Of a stretch of DNA of 20,786 nucleotides, positions 8,674 to 16,968 are shown in pieces. A model generated the notes under the pieces. The model saw only the letters and a list, made by a program, of their open reading frames with translations. It was not told the origin of the DNA and made no database searches. The stretch lies in NCBI GenBank assembly GCA_040081625.1, contig JBEBGD010000096.1, positions 1 through 20,786 on the forward strand, given 5' to 3'. The stretch comes from Chthoniobacteraceae bacterium. Its GTDB lineage: Bacteria; Verrucomicrobiota; Verrucomicrobiia; Chthoniobacterales; Chthoniobacteraceae. Both the position numbers and the translations under genes were made by a program. The first letter of the stretch is position 1; each line of letters starts with the position of its first letter.

Positions 8674-9693
8674 TCAGGGCTTGATGTCGTAGTCCAAGAG
8701 CGCCGAGGGATGTTTGAGTTCGATCTCGACGACCCGGATGACGACCGGGGTCGCCTCCTCATTTACGCGCAAAACAAAAGTATTCAACCCGCCGAGCAGC
8801 ATCGGCCCGGGCACGATGACCTGTCCGCGGAGCCAGCCGGTGTAGCGGAAACGGAGGCTCTTCTCGAGCGGACGCGCCTCGCCGCGAAAGGCGGGATCGG
8901 CGAGATCGGGAAAGGTGACACTCGCGGTGCCGAGAGGCTGGCCGTTGATGAACGCGTGAGGCAGCGCTGTCGGGTTCGCGCCGAGGATTTCAAATGTCAC
9001 CGCGGCGAGCAGCGGCGGCGCGTTGAGCGTGAACTCGTAGGCACCGTCGGGAGCGTGCCGGGGATCGAGCGTAAGCGGCTCGGCGTCGAGCGTGGCGCGC
9101 ACGCGGCCGAAGAGGAGATTGTCTTCTTCCGAGACAGGCATCGGGCCGGGCACACGGAAGGGATCGAGCAGATTGTCCGGCTCGGCGAAATCGAGCGCGT
9201 GCCAGATGCTGTCGCGGCGCAGCGCGCTGACGAAGGCGCCGCGCAGATTACTGCCGTCTCCGGGCGCTTCCACGTCGAGGTAATCGAGCGCACCAGCGGG
9301 CACGATCAGCGTCTCGGAAGTGTCCACGCCGAAGCCCTGTCCGAGCGGTCCCGCCGAAAAGGGCTGGGAGCCGGTCTCCGTCCAGCCGGTCACGCTCGGG
9401 CCGGCATTCGGCAGGTCTCGGTAAAAGAGGCGGAGCTGAAGTTGATCGCCGAGTCCACCGAGATGGCGGAGGCGGATGCGATAGACGGTGCGGCCGGTCG
9501 CGTCGGCGACGCGCTGCACGCCCTCGATCCAGATGGGCAGTCCCGGCTTCGCCGCGCCGGGCCGAGTGAGCGCGCGGAAATCCAGCCACGTCGTGAACGG
9601 AGTCGGCTGCACTTTCAGCTCCTGCCCATGCACGCCCGACGCGATGAGGATCGCGAATGCGAGGCAGGAGAATAGCCGGCGCGGAGGAGACAT
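8674..9693 (-). CDS. Hypothetical secreted/periplasmic protein co-oriented between gspF and gspG
   Basis: Signal-peptide-like MSPPRRLFSCLAFAILIASGVHG, beta-rich sequence, stop 8 nt before the gspG ATG. Confidence 0.75.
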   Translation of the reverse strand: MSPPRRLFSCLAFAILIASGVHGQELKVQPTPFTTWLDFRALTRPGAAKPGLPIWIEGVQRVADATGRTVYRIRLRHLGGLGDQLQLRLFYRDLPNAGPSVTGWTETGSQPFSAGPLGQGFGVDTSETLIVPAGALDYLDVEAPGDGSNLRGAFVSALRRDSIWHALDFAEPDNLLDPFRVPGPMPVSEEDNLLFGRVRATLDAEPLTLDPRHAPDGAYEFTLNAPPLLAAVTFEILGANPTALPHAFINGQPLGTASVTFPDLADPAFRGEARPLEKSLRFRYTGWLRGQVIVPGPMLLGGLNTFVLRVNEEATPVVIRVVEIELKHPSALLDYDIKP

Positions 9694-9831
9694 TGAGCGG
9701 CGCAGAAGTGGCCGCGAGTGCGCTTCACCGCAAGCTAAATCCAAGTCGCTTTGAAGATGAGCGGAATGCCCGCGCCTGATGAACGTGGAGCGGTCGATCT
9801 CAGCTTGAAAGGCGACTGGAACAGATCCCGA

Positions 9832-11097
9832 TCATTGGATGCGGTTGCGGAGGCTGTTGCTCATGCCGAAGACGGCGCTGAGGATCGCATACACGACCAC
9901 GCCGATGACCGCCGCCATGACCAGCAGGATCAGCGGCGGGATCAGCGTCGAGACGATCCTGACCTGTTTGTCGAGCTCGCGGTCGTAGATGTCGGCGATG
10001 CTGTGCATGGACTGCGCGAAGCGGCCGGATTGCTCGCCCACGGCCATCATGTCGCCATACAGCTCGGGGAAGATCTGGAACTCGGCGACCGCGGTCGAGA
10101 GCGTGGCGCCATCGACGACGGCGTTGCGGACGTGCACGAGTTTCTGGCGGATGAATTCGTTGCCGGCGCTCTCCTCGAGCAACTCGAGCGCGCGCAGCAG
10201 CGTGACTCCATTGTCCATGAGCGTGCCGAGCGTGCGGGCGAACTGCGCGTAGAAGCGGTGCCGGATGAGGATGCTGATGAGCGGCACGCGCCACACGAAG
10301 GCATCCCACGCGCGGAGGCCTTCGCGCGAACGCGTGGCGGCCTTGAAGAGCATGCGCCCGCCGATGACGGCGATGACCGCGACCCACCAATAGTGCGTGA
10401 TCGTGTAGTTCACGCCGAGGAGAAGCTTGGTGGCGTTTGGGAGTTCCTGGCCGGTCTTGACGAAGAAGTCGGTCAGTTGCGGCACGACCTTCACCATGAA
10501 CAAGGCGATGAGCAGCGCGCCGACGACGACGAGCAGGAAGGGATACACGAGCGCCTGCTGCACGCGGTCGCGCAGCGATTTGGCTTCGCCGAGATAGATC
10601 ACGAGGCGGCGCAGGATCTCCGCGAGCGCGCCGGAGACTTCGCCGGCGGCGACCATGTTCACGTAGAGCGGTGAGAAGATTTTCGGGAACTCGCGAAGCG
10701 CCTGCGAGAGGCTGCGGCCCTCGACGAGCGCCTGGTGCAATGAACGCGAGATGCCGCCGAGCTTCGGGTGCTTCATCCGTTTCACCATCACGCCGAGCGC
10801 TTCGTCGAGCGTCATGCCCGAGGTCAGCAGATGCGCGAGTTGCTCGGTGAAAAGGTGGAGCTGTGTGTGCGAGAGATTTTGAAGCTCGCCGACTGGCGCG
10901 GGGCGGTCAGCCGCGGGCGAGGACTCGGTCTGCCTGCCGGGCTTGCTCTCCACGGGTGAGCTGACAGGCTCGATCTTGATCGGGAAGCCGTGTTCCTTTT
11001 CCACCTGCCGGATCGCGGCGGCGCGGTCGTTGCAGGTGATGAGGCCGTCCACGAGCCTCCCATCCGATCCCTTGGCGACGAAGCGAAATTGCGGCAT
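9832..11097 (-). CDS. gspF: Type II secretion / type IV pilus inner-membrane platform protein GspF/PilC
   Basis: Two T2SSF repeats: FTEQLAHLLTSG...GRSLSQAL...AGEVSG and FARTLGTLMDNG...VGEQSG. Three TM segments. Confidence 0.93.
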   Translation of the reverse strand: MPQFRFVAKGSDGRLVDGLITCNDRAAAIRQVEKEHGFPIKIEPVSSPVESKPGRQTESSPAADRPAPVGELQNLSHTQLHLFTEQLAHLLTSGMTLDEALGVMVKRMKHPKLGGISRSLHQALVEGRSLSQALREFPKIFSPLYVNMVAAGEVSGALAEILRRLVIYLGEAKSLRDRVQQALVYPFLLVVVGALLIALFMVKVVPQLTDFFVKTGQELPNATKLLLGVNYTITHYWWVAVIAVIGGRMLFKAATRSREGLRAWDAFVWRVPLISILIRHRFYAQFARTLGTLMDNGVTLLRALELLEESAGNEFIRQKLVHVRNAVVDGATLSTAVAEFQIFPELYGDMMAVGEQSGRFAQSMHSIADIYDRELDKQVRIVSTLIPPLILLVMAAVIGVVVYAILSAVFGMSNSLRNRIQ

Positions 11098-11117
11098 GGC
11101 GCGGAAGCTATGGGCCT

Positions 11118-11153
11118 AAAAGCGAAAGGCAAGCCGGGTGGCTTGCCTTTCAC
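11118..11153 (-). terminator. Intrinsic terminator after the PEP-CTERM gene
   Basis: Minus strand GTGAAAGGCAAGCC-ACCC-GGCTTGCCTTTCGC-TTTT, with a perfect 12-bp core stem. Confidence 0.8.
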
Positions 11154-11174
11154 AAAAGAGACGTGCGCCGGGGA

Positions 11175-11855
11175 TTATCGGCGGCGACGAACGAGGGCCA
11201 GCAGGCCGAGGCTCAGCATCAGGCCGGTGGACGGCTCCGGGACGTTGACCAGACCGAAGTGGTTGGTGCCGCCTGCACCCGCCGCATTGACCGGGAATGT
11301 TCCCGCGATCAGGCGCGCTTGCGCCTGCAACGGCAAGTTGTCTCCAGTGGTCAACTGGTTCACATCCGAGAAAACGGTTCCGGGGGCACCTGGGTCCGGA
11401 TCGGTCGGCAGGGTCCAAGCGCTGGTGTTTAATGTCAGCAGCGCGTATTGCGTCGCTGTGTCCCTGCTATTCTGCGGGTTGGTGGTGTTAACGGTGGAAT
11501 TGAATGCCCAAACGTAGAGCAGTTGACCCCCAAGTGCGTTTTGGCTGGCTCGCGTATCGATGTTGAACGTGCTCCCGCCATAGCCAGTGAAGCCGTCCGT
11601 GGCCCCCCTCGCAACGCGCGCGGTGTCGAGCACTTGGAAGTGCTGGAAGAGGTAGCCCAAGTTATTGGCGTTTGCCTCGACGGTCGCCAAAGGCACGTCA
11701 AACACGCCAACCTGAACCAAGTTGTCTTGCGCGAGAAGGACGCCGGGGCCTAGAGCAAAGCCGACGGTTTCCTGAGAGCCCCAAGTAACGCTCGCTGCGT
11801 TAAGTCGGGCGGCACTCGCGAGAGCGCAGACGAGAATGGCAATCTTTCGATTCAC
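11175..11855 (-). CDS. PEP-CTERM sorting domain-containing surface protein
   Basis: N-terminal signal peptide and C-terminus VPEPSTGLMLSLGLLALVRRRR (PEP, TM helix, Arg cluster). GTG start. Confidence 0.95.
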   Translation of the reverse strand: MNRKIAILVCALASAARLNAASVTWGSQETVGFALGPGVLLAQDNLVQVGVFDVPLATVEANANNLGYLFQHFQVLDTARVARGATDGFTGYGGSTFNIDTRASQNALGGQLLYVWAFNSTVNTTNPQNSRDTATQYALLTLNTSAWTLPTDPDPGAPGTVFSDVNQLTTGDNLPLQAQARLIAGTFPVNAAGAGGTNHFGLVNVPEPSTGLMLSLGLLALVRRRR

Positions 11856-11882
11856 GGTTTTTCGGGGGGTTGGGGGTTGGGA

Positions 11883-12923
11883 TTAAAGCGTTGCCGGATG
11901 CTGGGGAATGATCCAATTGAACCCTGCGTTGATTCGCACGACGAGAACCGCTGAACCAACGGGGATCGAAGCGCCATCTTCGGGGGTCGAAGTGCTCGCT
12001 GTGCTCCTCCAGCCCGTGCCGCCGATGCCGCCCGTCTTGTAATAGTATGTGGTGTATCCGGTCCCGTTCCACAGGAGCACCTTGTCAGCCGACGAGGCGC
12101 CGGTGCCGCCGAGAAGACCTGTAGAGGCGTTCGCCGTGTAGATTCCGGAGGTTCCAAGTGTCATCGGCGCTGCATACGGGTTGGTCACGATGTTCAGGCC
12201 GGTGGAGATCGGATACGAGCTTACCCCGGTCTTCACGGCGCCTGCCAAAACCACCGGAAGCATCGAAGCGGTCTTTCGGGCGATAACCATTCCATCGTCG
12301 GGATAGATGATCGCGTGTTGGCGATCGACCGACGTGCTGAGAGTCGAGCGCCATCCAGTGCCACCGATGCCGCCGGACTTGTAATAGAAAACGTCGTAGC
12401 CAGCGCCAGTGTAGATCGAAATCGTGTCCGACGACGATGCGCCGGTGCCCGACGCAAGCCCAGCAGAGTTGGTCGCGCCGAAGACGCTGCCGAGCGTCCA
12501 GTGCTTGCGAATCTTGAACGTGACTCCCGGAGCGACGCTGGCGGCGAGACTCTGCACCAACGTGATCGTCATGCCCGTGGCACTGCTGATGTCGTAGGTG
12601 GTCCCGGCTGCCGGCCCAGAAGTGATCTCGAGGAAATACGGAGTCGATGCGGTGACGACGATGCCGTAGCCTGCCGGAGCTTCGTTATCGATGACCGTGG
12701 TCGTGCCGCCGCTCGCGGTTTCCGCGCTGCCTTGATAATCGACTGGCCGCGTGAGGCCGAGCGCGGCGAAGGTCAACTTTGAGTCGGTGCCGGTTCCGGC
12801 GGCGACATTCGAAGTCACGAATCCGACCGGATCAGTCGTAGCTTCCTGAGCGATGACAGAAATGCTTGCGGCAAACAGAATTGCGGCAGCAAGGGAGGTG
12901 AAGGACGGGGCGAGGGGCTTCAT
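11883..12923 (-). CDS. TIGR02597-like Verrucomicrobial secreted protein with internal duplication
   Basis: Signal peptide followed by ATTDPVGF, Thr/Gly/Ser-rich, two 44-aa repeats. The family call rests on recall of the TDPVG motif. Start at ATG 12923. Confidence 0.72.
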   Translation of the reverse strand: MKPLAPSFTSLAAAILFAASISVIAQEATTDPVGFVTSNVAAGTGTDSKLTFAALGLTRPVDYQGSAETASGGTTTVIDNEAPAGYGIVVTASTPYFLEITSGPAAGTTYDISSATGMTITLVQSLAASVAPGVTFKIRKHWTLGSVFGATNSAGLASGTGASSSDTISIYTGAGYDVFYYKSGGIGGTGWRSTLSTSVDRQHAIIYPDDGMVIARKTASMLPVVLAGAVKTGVSSYPISTGLNIVTNPYAAPMTLGTSGIYTANASTGLLGGTGASSADKVLLWNGTGYTTYYYKTGGIGGTGWRSTASTSTPEDGASIPVGSAVLVVRINAGFNWIIPQHPATL

Positions 12924-13071
12924 GGCGTGGTCTTTAAGCGGAGGTTTGGGTTCGTGCAAGAGGGAATATGCGGAGTTTTTCGGATGCTGGTTCACGTAAT
13001 CTTATATACGCGGATCGCTCCGGTTTGTTTCACGCAATTTCCGCGATCGCCGCCGATCTCATGCGGGCGGA

Positions 13072-14175
13072 TCACTTCGCGCCGGTCCGCCTGAGCTGAA
13101 TCCAGAGCAGCGCTTTGAGGCCGAGTTCAAGCGGGTCAAACGGCTTCGGGATGAAATCATTGCCGCCGGTGAGGACCGCCTTGGCGCGGTTCTGGAAGGT
13201 GGTCATGCCGGTGAGAAAAAGGATGGGCACGGTCGCGTGGGCGTCGGAGTTGCGGATGTGCCCGATGAGATCGAAGCCGCTCATTTCCGGCAGGCCGATG
13301 TCGAGGAGCACGAGATCGAAGACCGAAGTCTGCACGGCGCTGAGGCACGCGCTGGGAGAGTCTGCGATGTGGGACTCGAATCCCGAATAATCCAACGCGG
13401 CAGCCACGAGCTGGCCGACGAGCGATTCGTCATCGACGACGAGGATCCGGCTGCCACGCGCGGACTGCACCGCGCGCGGAGTGAACTGGCGCAGATGCGC
13501 GCCGAGGAAATCGATGACCTGCCCGAGGGTGTGCATCGAGGAGCCTGAGATTCCCTCCGGCAAATCGAGGCGCTCGATGACCAGGGCCTCGAACGCGACG
13601 GCGAGTTCCGCGAGGCCGGGTTCGTCGGCGAGGTGGAGCAGTTCAGCGAGGCCGTGGGCTTCACTCGCCATCCGGCGTCGCACCTCGGCCAGGCCCGGCT
13701 CGCGGCCAAGCGTGTGGATGATCTCGTGGAGCGCGACGAGATGCGCGAGGGCGTGCGGCAACCACTCCGCCGGGGCCGGCGGCACCGGCATCGCGGGTGC
13801 GCCCTGCAAGCGGGCCTGGGTGTGCGCGAGCAAGGCGAGGGTCTTGAGCGGGGCCTGCTCGTGCGTGAGCAAACGGCATCCGCTGGTCCCGTTTGCGGCT
13901 GCGGTGAGTTGGCTGTCGAGCAGCGGCAGCACGACCACCGGCGGAGCGGCGGCGGCGCGCTGCACGCGTAGATTGCGCATGAATTCGATGCCGCCCATTC
14001 CGGACAATTGAAGGTCGAGGGCAATGATGACGGGCTGCGGTGTGCGCAACTGAGCGAGCGCGCTTTCACCATCGCGAACGCTGACCACATCGAGCCCCAC
14101 GCCGGAGAGAGTGCGGCGATAGAACAGCTCGATCCCGGGAGATTCGACGACGAGAAGGGCGCGAGGTTGGCTCAT
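13072..14175 (-). CDS. Response regulator: atypical REC + Hpt-like + canonical REC, no output domain
   Basis: N-terminal ALDLQLSGMGGIEF, central AHGLAELL...LAELAVAFE, and C-terminal ILVVDDE, LLDIGLPEMSG, FLTG, DFIPKPF. Start at ATG 14175. Confidence 0.85.
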   Translation of the reverse strand: MSQPRALLVVESPGIELFYRRTLSGVGLDVVSVRDGESALAQLRTPQPVIIALDLQLSGMGGIEFMRNLRVQRAAAAPPVVVLPLLDSQLTAAANGTSGCRLLTHEQAPLKTLALLAHTQARLQGAPAMPVPPAPAEWLPHALAHLVALHEIIHTLGREPGLAEVRRRMASEAHGLAELLHLADEPGLAELAVAFEALVIERLDLPEGISGSSMHTLGQVIDFLGAHLRQFTPRAVQSARGSRILVVDDESLVGQLVAAALDYSGFESHIADSPSACLSAVQTSVFDLVLLDIGLPEMSGFDLIGHIRNSDAHATVPILFLTGMTTFQNRAKAVLTGGNDFIPKPFDPLELGLKALLWIQLRRTGAK

Positions 14176-14193
14176 GATTGCACCGCTGAGATA

Positions 14194-14209
14194 AGCAGAA
14201 GCAAGGCCC
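14194..14209 (-). promoter_or_regulatory. Possible sigma54 -24/-12 site upstream of the response regulator
   Basis: GGGCCTTGCTTCTGCT (GG-N10-GC), a weaker match to TGGCACG-N4-TTGCW. Confidence 0.3.
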
Positions 14210-14265
14210 GTCGGTTTGCGGGAGTTACCGAAATGCGTCCGCTGCAATTCCACGCAAAAATCTGC

Positions 14266-14300
14266 TTGAGCCGTCGCAAGTGCCCACTACGTTCCGCGCC
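14266..14300 (+). promoter_or_regulatory. Putative sigma70 promoter of tRNA-Lys with GC-rich discriminator
   Basis: An A-tract precedes TTGAGC-16 nt-TACGTT-CCGCGCC, which ends 12 nt before the tRNA. Confidence 0.6.
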
Positions 14301-14312
14301 CGCTTGATCCGG

Positions 14313-14388
14313 GCACCGTTAGCTCAATTGGTAGAGCAAGTGACTCTTAATCACTAGGTTCTGGGTTCGAGTCCCAGACGGTGCACCA
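14313..14388 (+). tRNA. tRNA-Lys (anticodon CTT)
   Basis: 76 nt. Acceptor stem GCACCGT/ACGGTGC, D arm AGCTCAATTGGTAGAGC, anticodon arm AGTGA-CTCTTAA-TCACT, T loop GTTCGAG and encoded CCA. Confidence 0.98.
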
Positions 14389-14488
14389 TTTTTCTCCCGG
14401 GACTGCGTCTGCGGGATGCGCATGAATGCTCGCGACGCGGGCGATTCGCTACTCTCGCGACCTGCGTGGCGACAAGCCGCGCGACCGC

Positions 14489-15082
14489 TCACTGCGAGTC
14501 CCCGGCGGCGGGCTCCCACCATGTCGCGAGAGTTCGATAGGTGGTCTTGTAGAGCGGCTGAAACTCTGAGGGATCGGCATCGATGGTGAAGGAGATCTGC
14601 CGTTCGGCATCGAGATTGATGAGCAGGATGCTCCGGCAGAATCGCCGGCCGAAGTGAACGTAGTCGAGGCCGATCTCGAAGCTGGTCCAGCCTTGAAGCA
14701 CGACAGGATTGACCATCTCCCACACTTCGCTGACCTCGGTGGCACCCGCCGGAACCATGGCGAGGGCGATCTCCCGCAAGGACTTCAGGCCACCGGCGTC
14801 GAATCGTATCCGGGCCTGCTCCGCGGGCGAAGCCTGGATGGTTACGCTGGCCTGGGTGGAATCCTTCGGGTGGAAGATCGCGGCCCGAGCATCGCCGGAT
14901 CGCGCCCAACTGGCGGGAGGGTGATAGTAGATGCGCCGGGGACCATCGGAGAAATACATCCGCTTGATCGGGACGCCGTCATCGACGGTGTCGGTGAAAT
15001 TCAGGGTGAAATCGATCGCCGGCGCCGGGGCGGTGAGGAGAGTGAAGATGAGGACGGCTGCAAAGGTCCTGGTTGTTTTCAT
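14489..15082 (-). CDS. Hypothetical secreted protein, last gene of the minor pilin operon
   Basis: 197 aa, signal peptide MKTTRTFAAVLIFTLLTAPAPA, starting 21 nt after the PilX-like stop. Confidence 0.75.
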   Translation of the reverse strand: MKTTRTFAAVLIFTLLTAPAPAIDFTLNFTDTVDDGVPIKRMYFSDGPRRIYYHPPASWARSGDARAAIFHPKDSTQASVTIQASPAEQARIRFDAGGLKSLREIALAMVPAGATEVSEVWEMVNPVVLQGWTSFEIGLDYVHFGRRFCRSILLINLDAERQISFTIDADPSEFQPLYKTTYRTLATWWEPAAGDSQ

Positions 15083-15103
15083 GTGAACGGAGAATGGATC
15101 GGA

Positions 15104-16945
15104 TCAGAATCGCTCCCAGCGTCCGCGCGAGTATTGCAGGCTCTGGAGAGTCCCCGGCGGAGGCTGCGTGAGAAACGCCGTGTCGAAGCCCCATCTGCGC
15201 CCCGGCGGTGAGTAGATGTTGGCGGTGTCGAACATGCCGTCGAAGTTCTTGCTGTTGAAGATCTGCACCATCGAGCCGAGGTAGGTGAGATCCTTGCCCG
15301 ACCACTTCTCGAGGAAGCGCGGGAAGTTGTGCGGGCCGCCGCTGTAGCGGCCACTGCCGCCGTCATTCGACGGGACGATACCGCTGAGGATTGCGGTGTT
15401 GACGGTGGTGTGATCGGCGACGCGGCCGGCGAGGGCTGCGGTCGAGTTCCCGTCCACCCATGCGTTGGAGAGGATCATCACGGCATCGGCCATCACAGCC
15501 GTGGAGCGCTTGACGTATCCGGGAGCGGTCGGGCTGTCGGTGCCGGTCGGGTTCCCTGCGTTATTGGCGGGGACAAGGCTCGGATCATGGACACCAGCGC
15601 CGGTGACGCCGCCGGTGTTGTAGTCGCCCTGGATATAGACGGCGTTCTGGCTGGCGACGCTGAGGTCGCGGCTCAAGACCGCGCCATTCTGGAGACGCAC
15701 GGCATTTTTCCCGGTCGGCGTGACGTCGTGGATGTAGATGACGCCGTTGAAGCTTGCGCCCATGCCCACGAGCGCGCCATCGAGCGCTTTCATGTCCACG
15801 TTGGTGAGCGAGACGTTCTCACCCTCGCGCCAATCGTAGATGGGCGTGGAACTGACGTTGAGAGCGGCGCGGATGGCGGTGTTGGTCGCGGCGGGCAGCG
15901 CCGCATCGCTCCCGTCGCGGACGACGATGCGGTTCGGGTCAGCGGCGGGCTTGGTGCGGTCGATCGTGACGCGCACCGAGGCCTGATTGTAGAAGCGCAT
16001 ACCGGCGATATCCGCGGGATCGGGAGACGAAGTGACGGGCGGCTCGATAAACTCTCGCGCGCTATCGTTGTTCAGGTTGGCGTCGATGGTATCGAACAAC
16101 TGCGCAGGCTCGGCCCCGAAGGGCTCCATGCGCTCGGTTTTCTGAAGCTGCGAAGCGAATGTCGTGCTGATGCTCGCGGGCAGGCCGTCCGACCAAAGGG
16201 GTGGATTGGGCGGAGGGGGCGTCGTCTCCATGAACGGGTTGAACTCCTCGTGGTAGTCGCCCACATACGACACGTTGGAGAGGAACTTCAATCGGTCCGC
16301 GGCGCTCGTCGCCAGCCAGAGGTTGCTGTTCGTATGCACCAGGCCGTTGATGGTCATCTGCGCGCCGGGGTGCAGTTCGATGTCGTGTTCAAAAAAAATC
16401 GCGGCCTGAAAAAGCGGCACGCCAGTGAGCTGGAAGGTGCGCCCGAGCGTGACCGGGACCGGCCCACTCCGTGAAGGCACGGACGCGGTGACCCGCGCAC
16501 TGTAGAAGCTGCCATTGCCTTTCCAGCCAGGGTGTCCCGGAATCGTGGCCAATTGCACGGCGACGGGATTCGTGATGATCGCGTCCGAGGCATCCGTGGT
16601 TTCCCCCCACTGGTTGGCATTCGCGACGCTGAAATCCGAGAAGGTGACCGCGCTGCTCGCAAAGCCGGAGTGGAGCGCGCTCGTCGGTGCCGCGATCGTT
16701 ACCTGGCTGTTATTCGGGGGACGCAATCCATTGTTGCGGACGGCGTTTTTCCACGACGCGTAGGCGTATTCGAGCGCGCCGTCGGCCGAGTTCAGCGCGC
16801 GGGTGAAGGACTGCTCGCGATCGGTCATCCGCCCGTTGTGCGCCGTCGAAGTGAGGGCAATCCCGACGAGCGCGGCGATCAGAACGAGAGCACCCATCGC
16901 GACGAGCAAAGTCGCGCCGTTCTCATTGGATGATTGCTTCTTCAT
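15104..16945 (-). CDS. Large PilX/GspK-like minor pilin with extended C-terminal domain
   Basis: MKKQSSNENG|ATLLVAMGALVLIAALVGIAL (no Glu+5, as in PilX/GspK), ALNSADGALEYA, and C-terminal GGPHNFPRFLEKW and YSPPGRRWGFD. Confidence 0.82.
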   Translation of the reverse strand: MKKQSSNENGATLLVAMGALVLIAALVGIALTSTAHNGRMTDREQSFTRALNSADGALEYAYASWKNAVRNNGLRPPNNSQVTIAAPTSALHSGFASSAVTFSDFSVANANQWGETTDASDAIITNPVAVQLATIPGHPGWKGNGSFYSARVTASVPSRSGPVPVTLGRTFQLTGVPLFQAAIFFEHDIELHPGAQMTINGLVHTNSNLWLATSAADRLKFLSNVSYVGDYHEEFNPFMETTPPPPNPPLWSDGLPASISTTFASQLQKTERMEPFGAEPAQLFDTIDANLNNDSAREFIEPPVTSSPDPADIAGMRFYNQASVRVTIDRTKPAADPNRIVVRDGSDAALPAATNTAIRAALNVSSTPIYDWREGENVSLTNVDMKALDGALVGMGASFNGVIYIHDVTPTGKNAVRLQNGAVLSRDLSVASQNAVYIQGDYNTGGVTGAGVHDPSLVPANNAGNPTGTDSPTAPGYVKRSTAVMADAVMILSNAWVDGNSTAALAGRVADHTTVNTAILSGIVPSNDGGSGRYSGGPHNFPRFLEKWSGKDLTYLGSMVQIFNSKNFDGMFDTANIYSPPGRRWGFDTAFLTQPPPGTLQSLQYSRGRWERF

Positions 16946-16968
16946 GTCTCGTATGTCGTCAACGGCGG

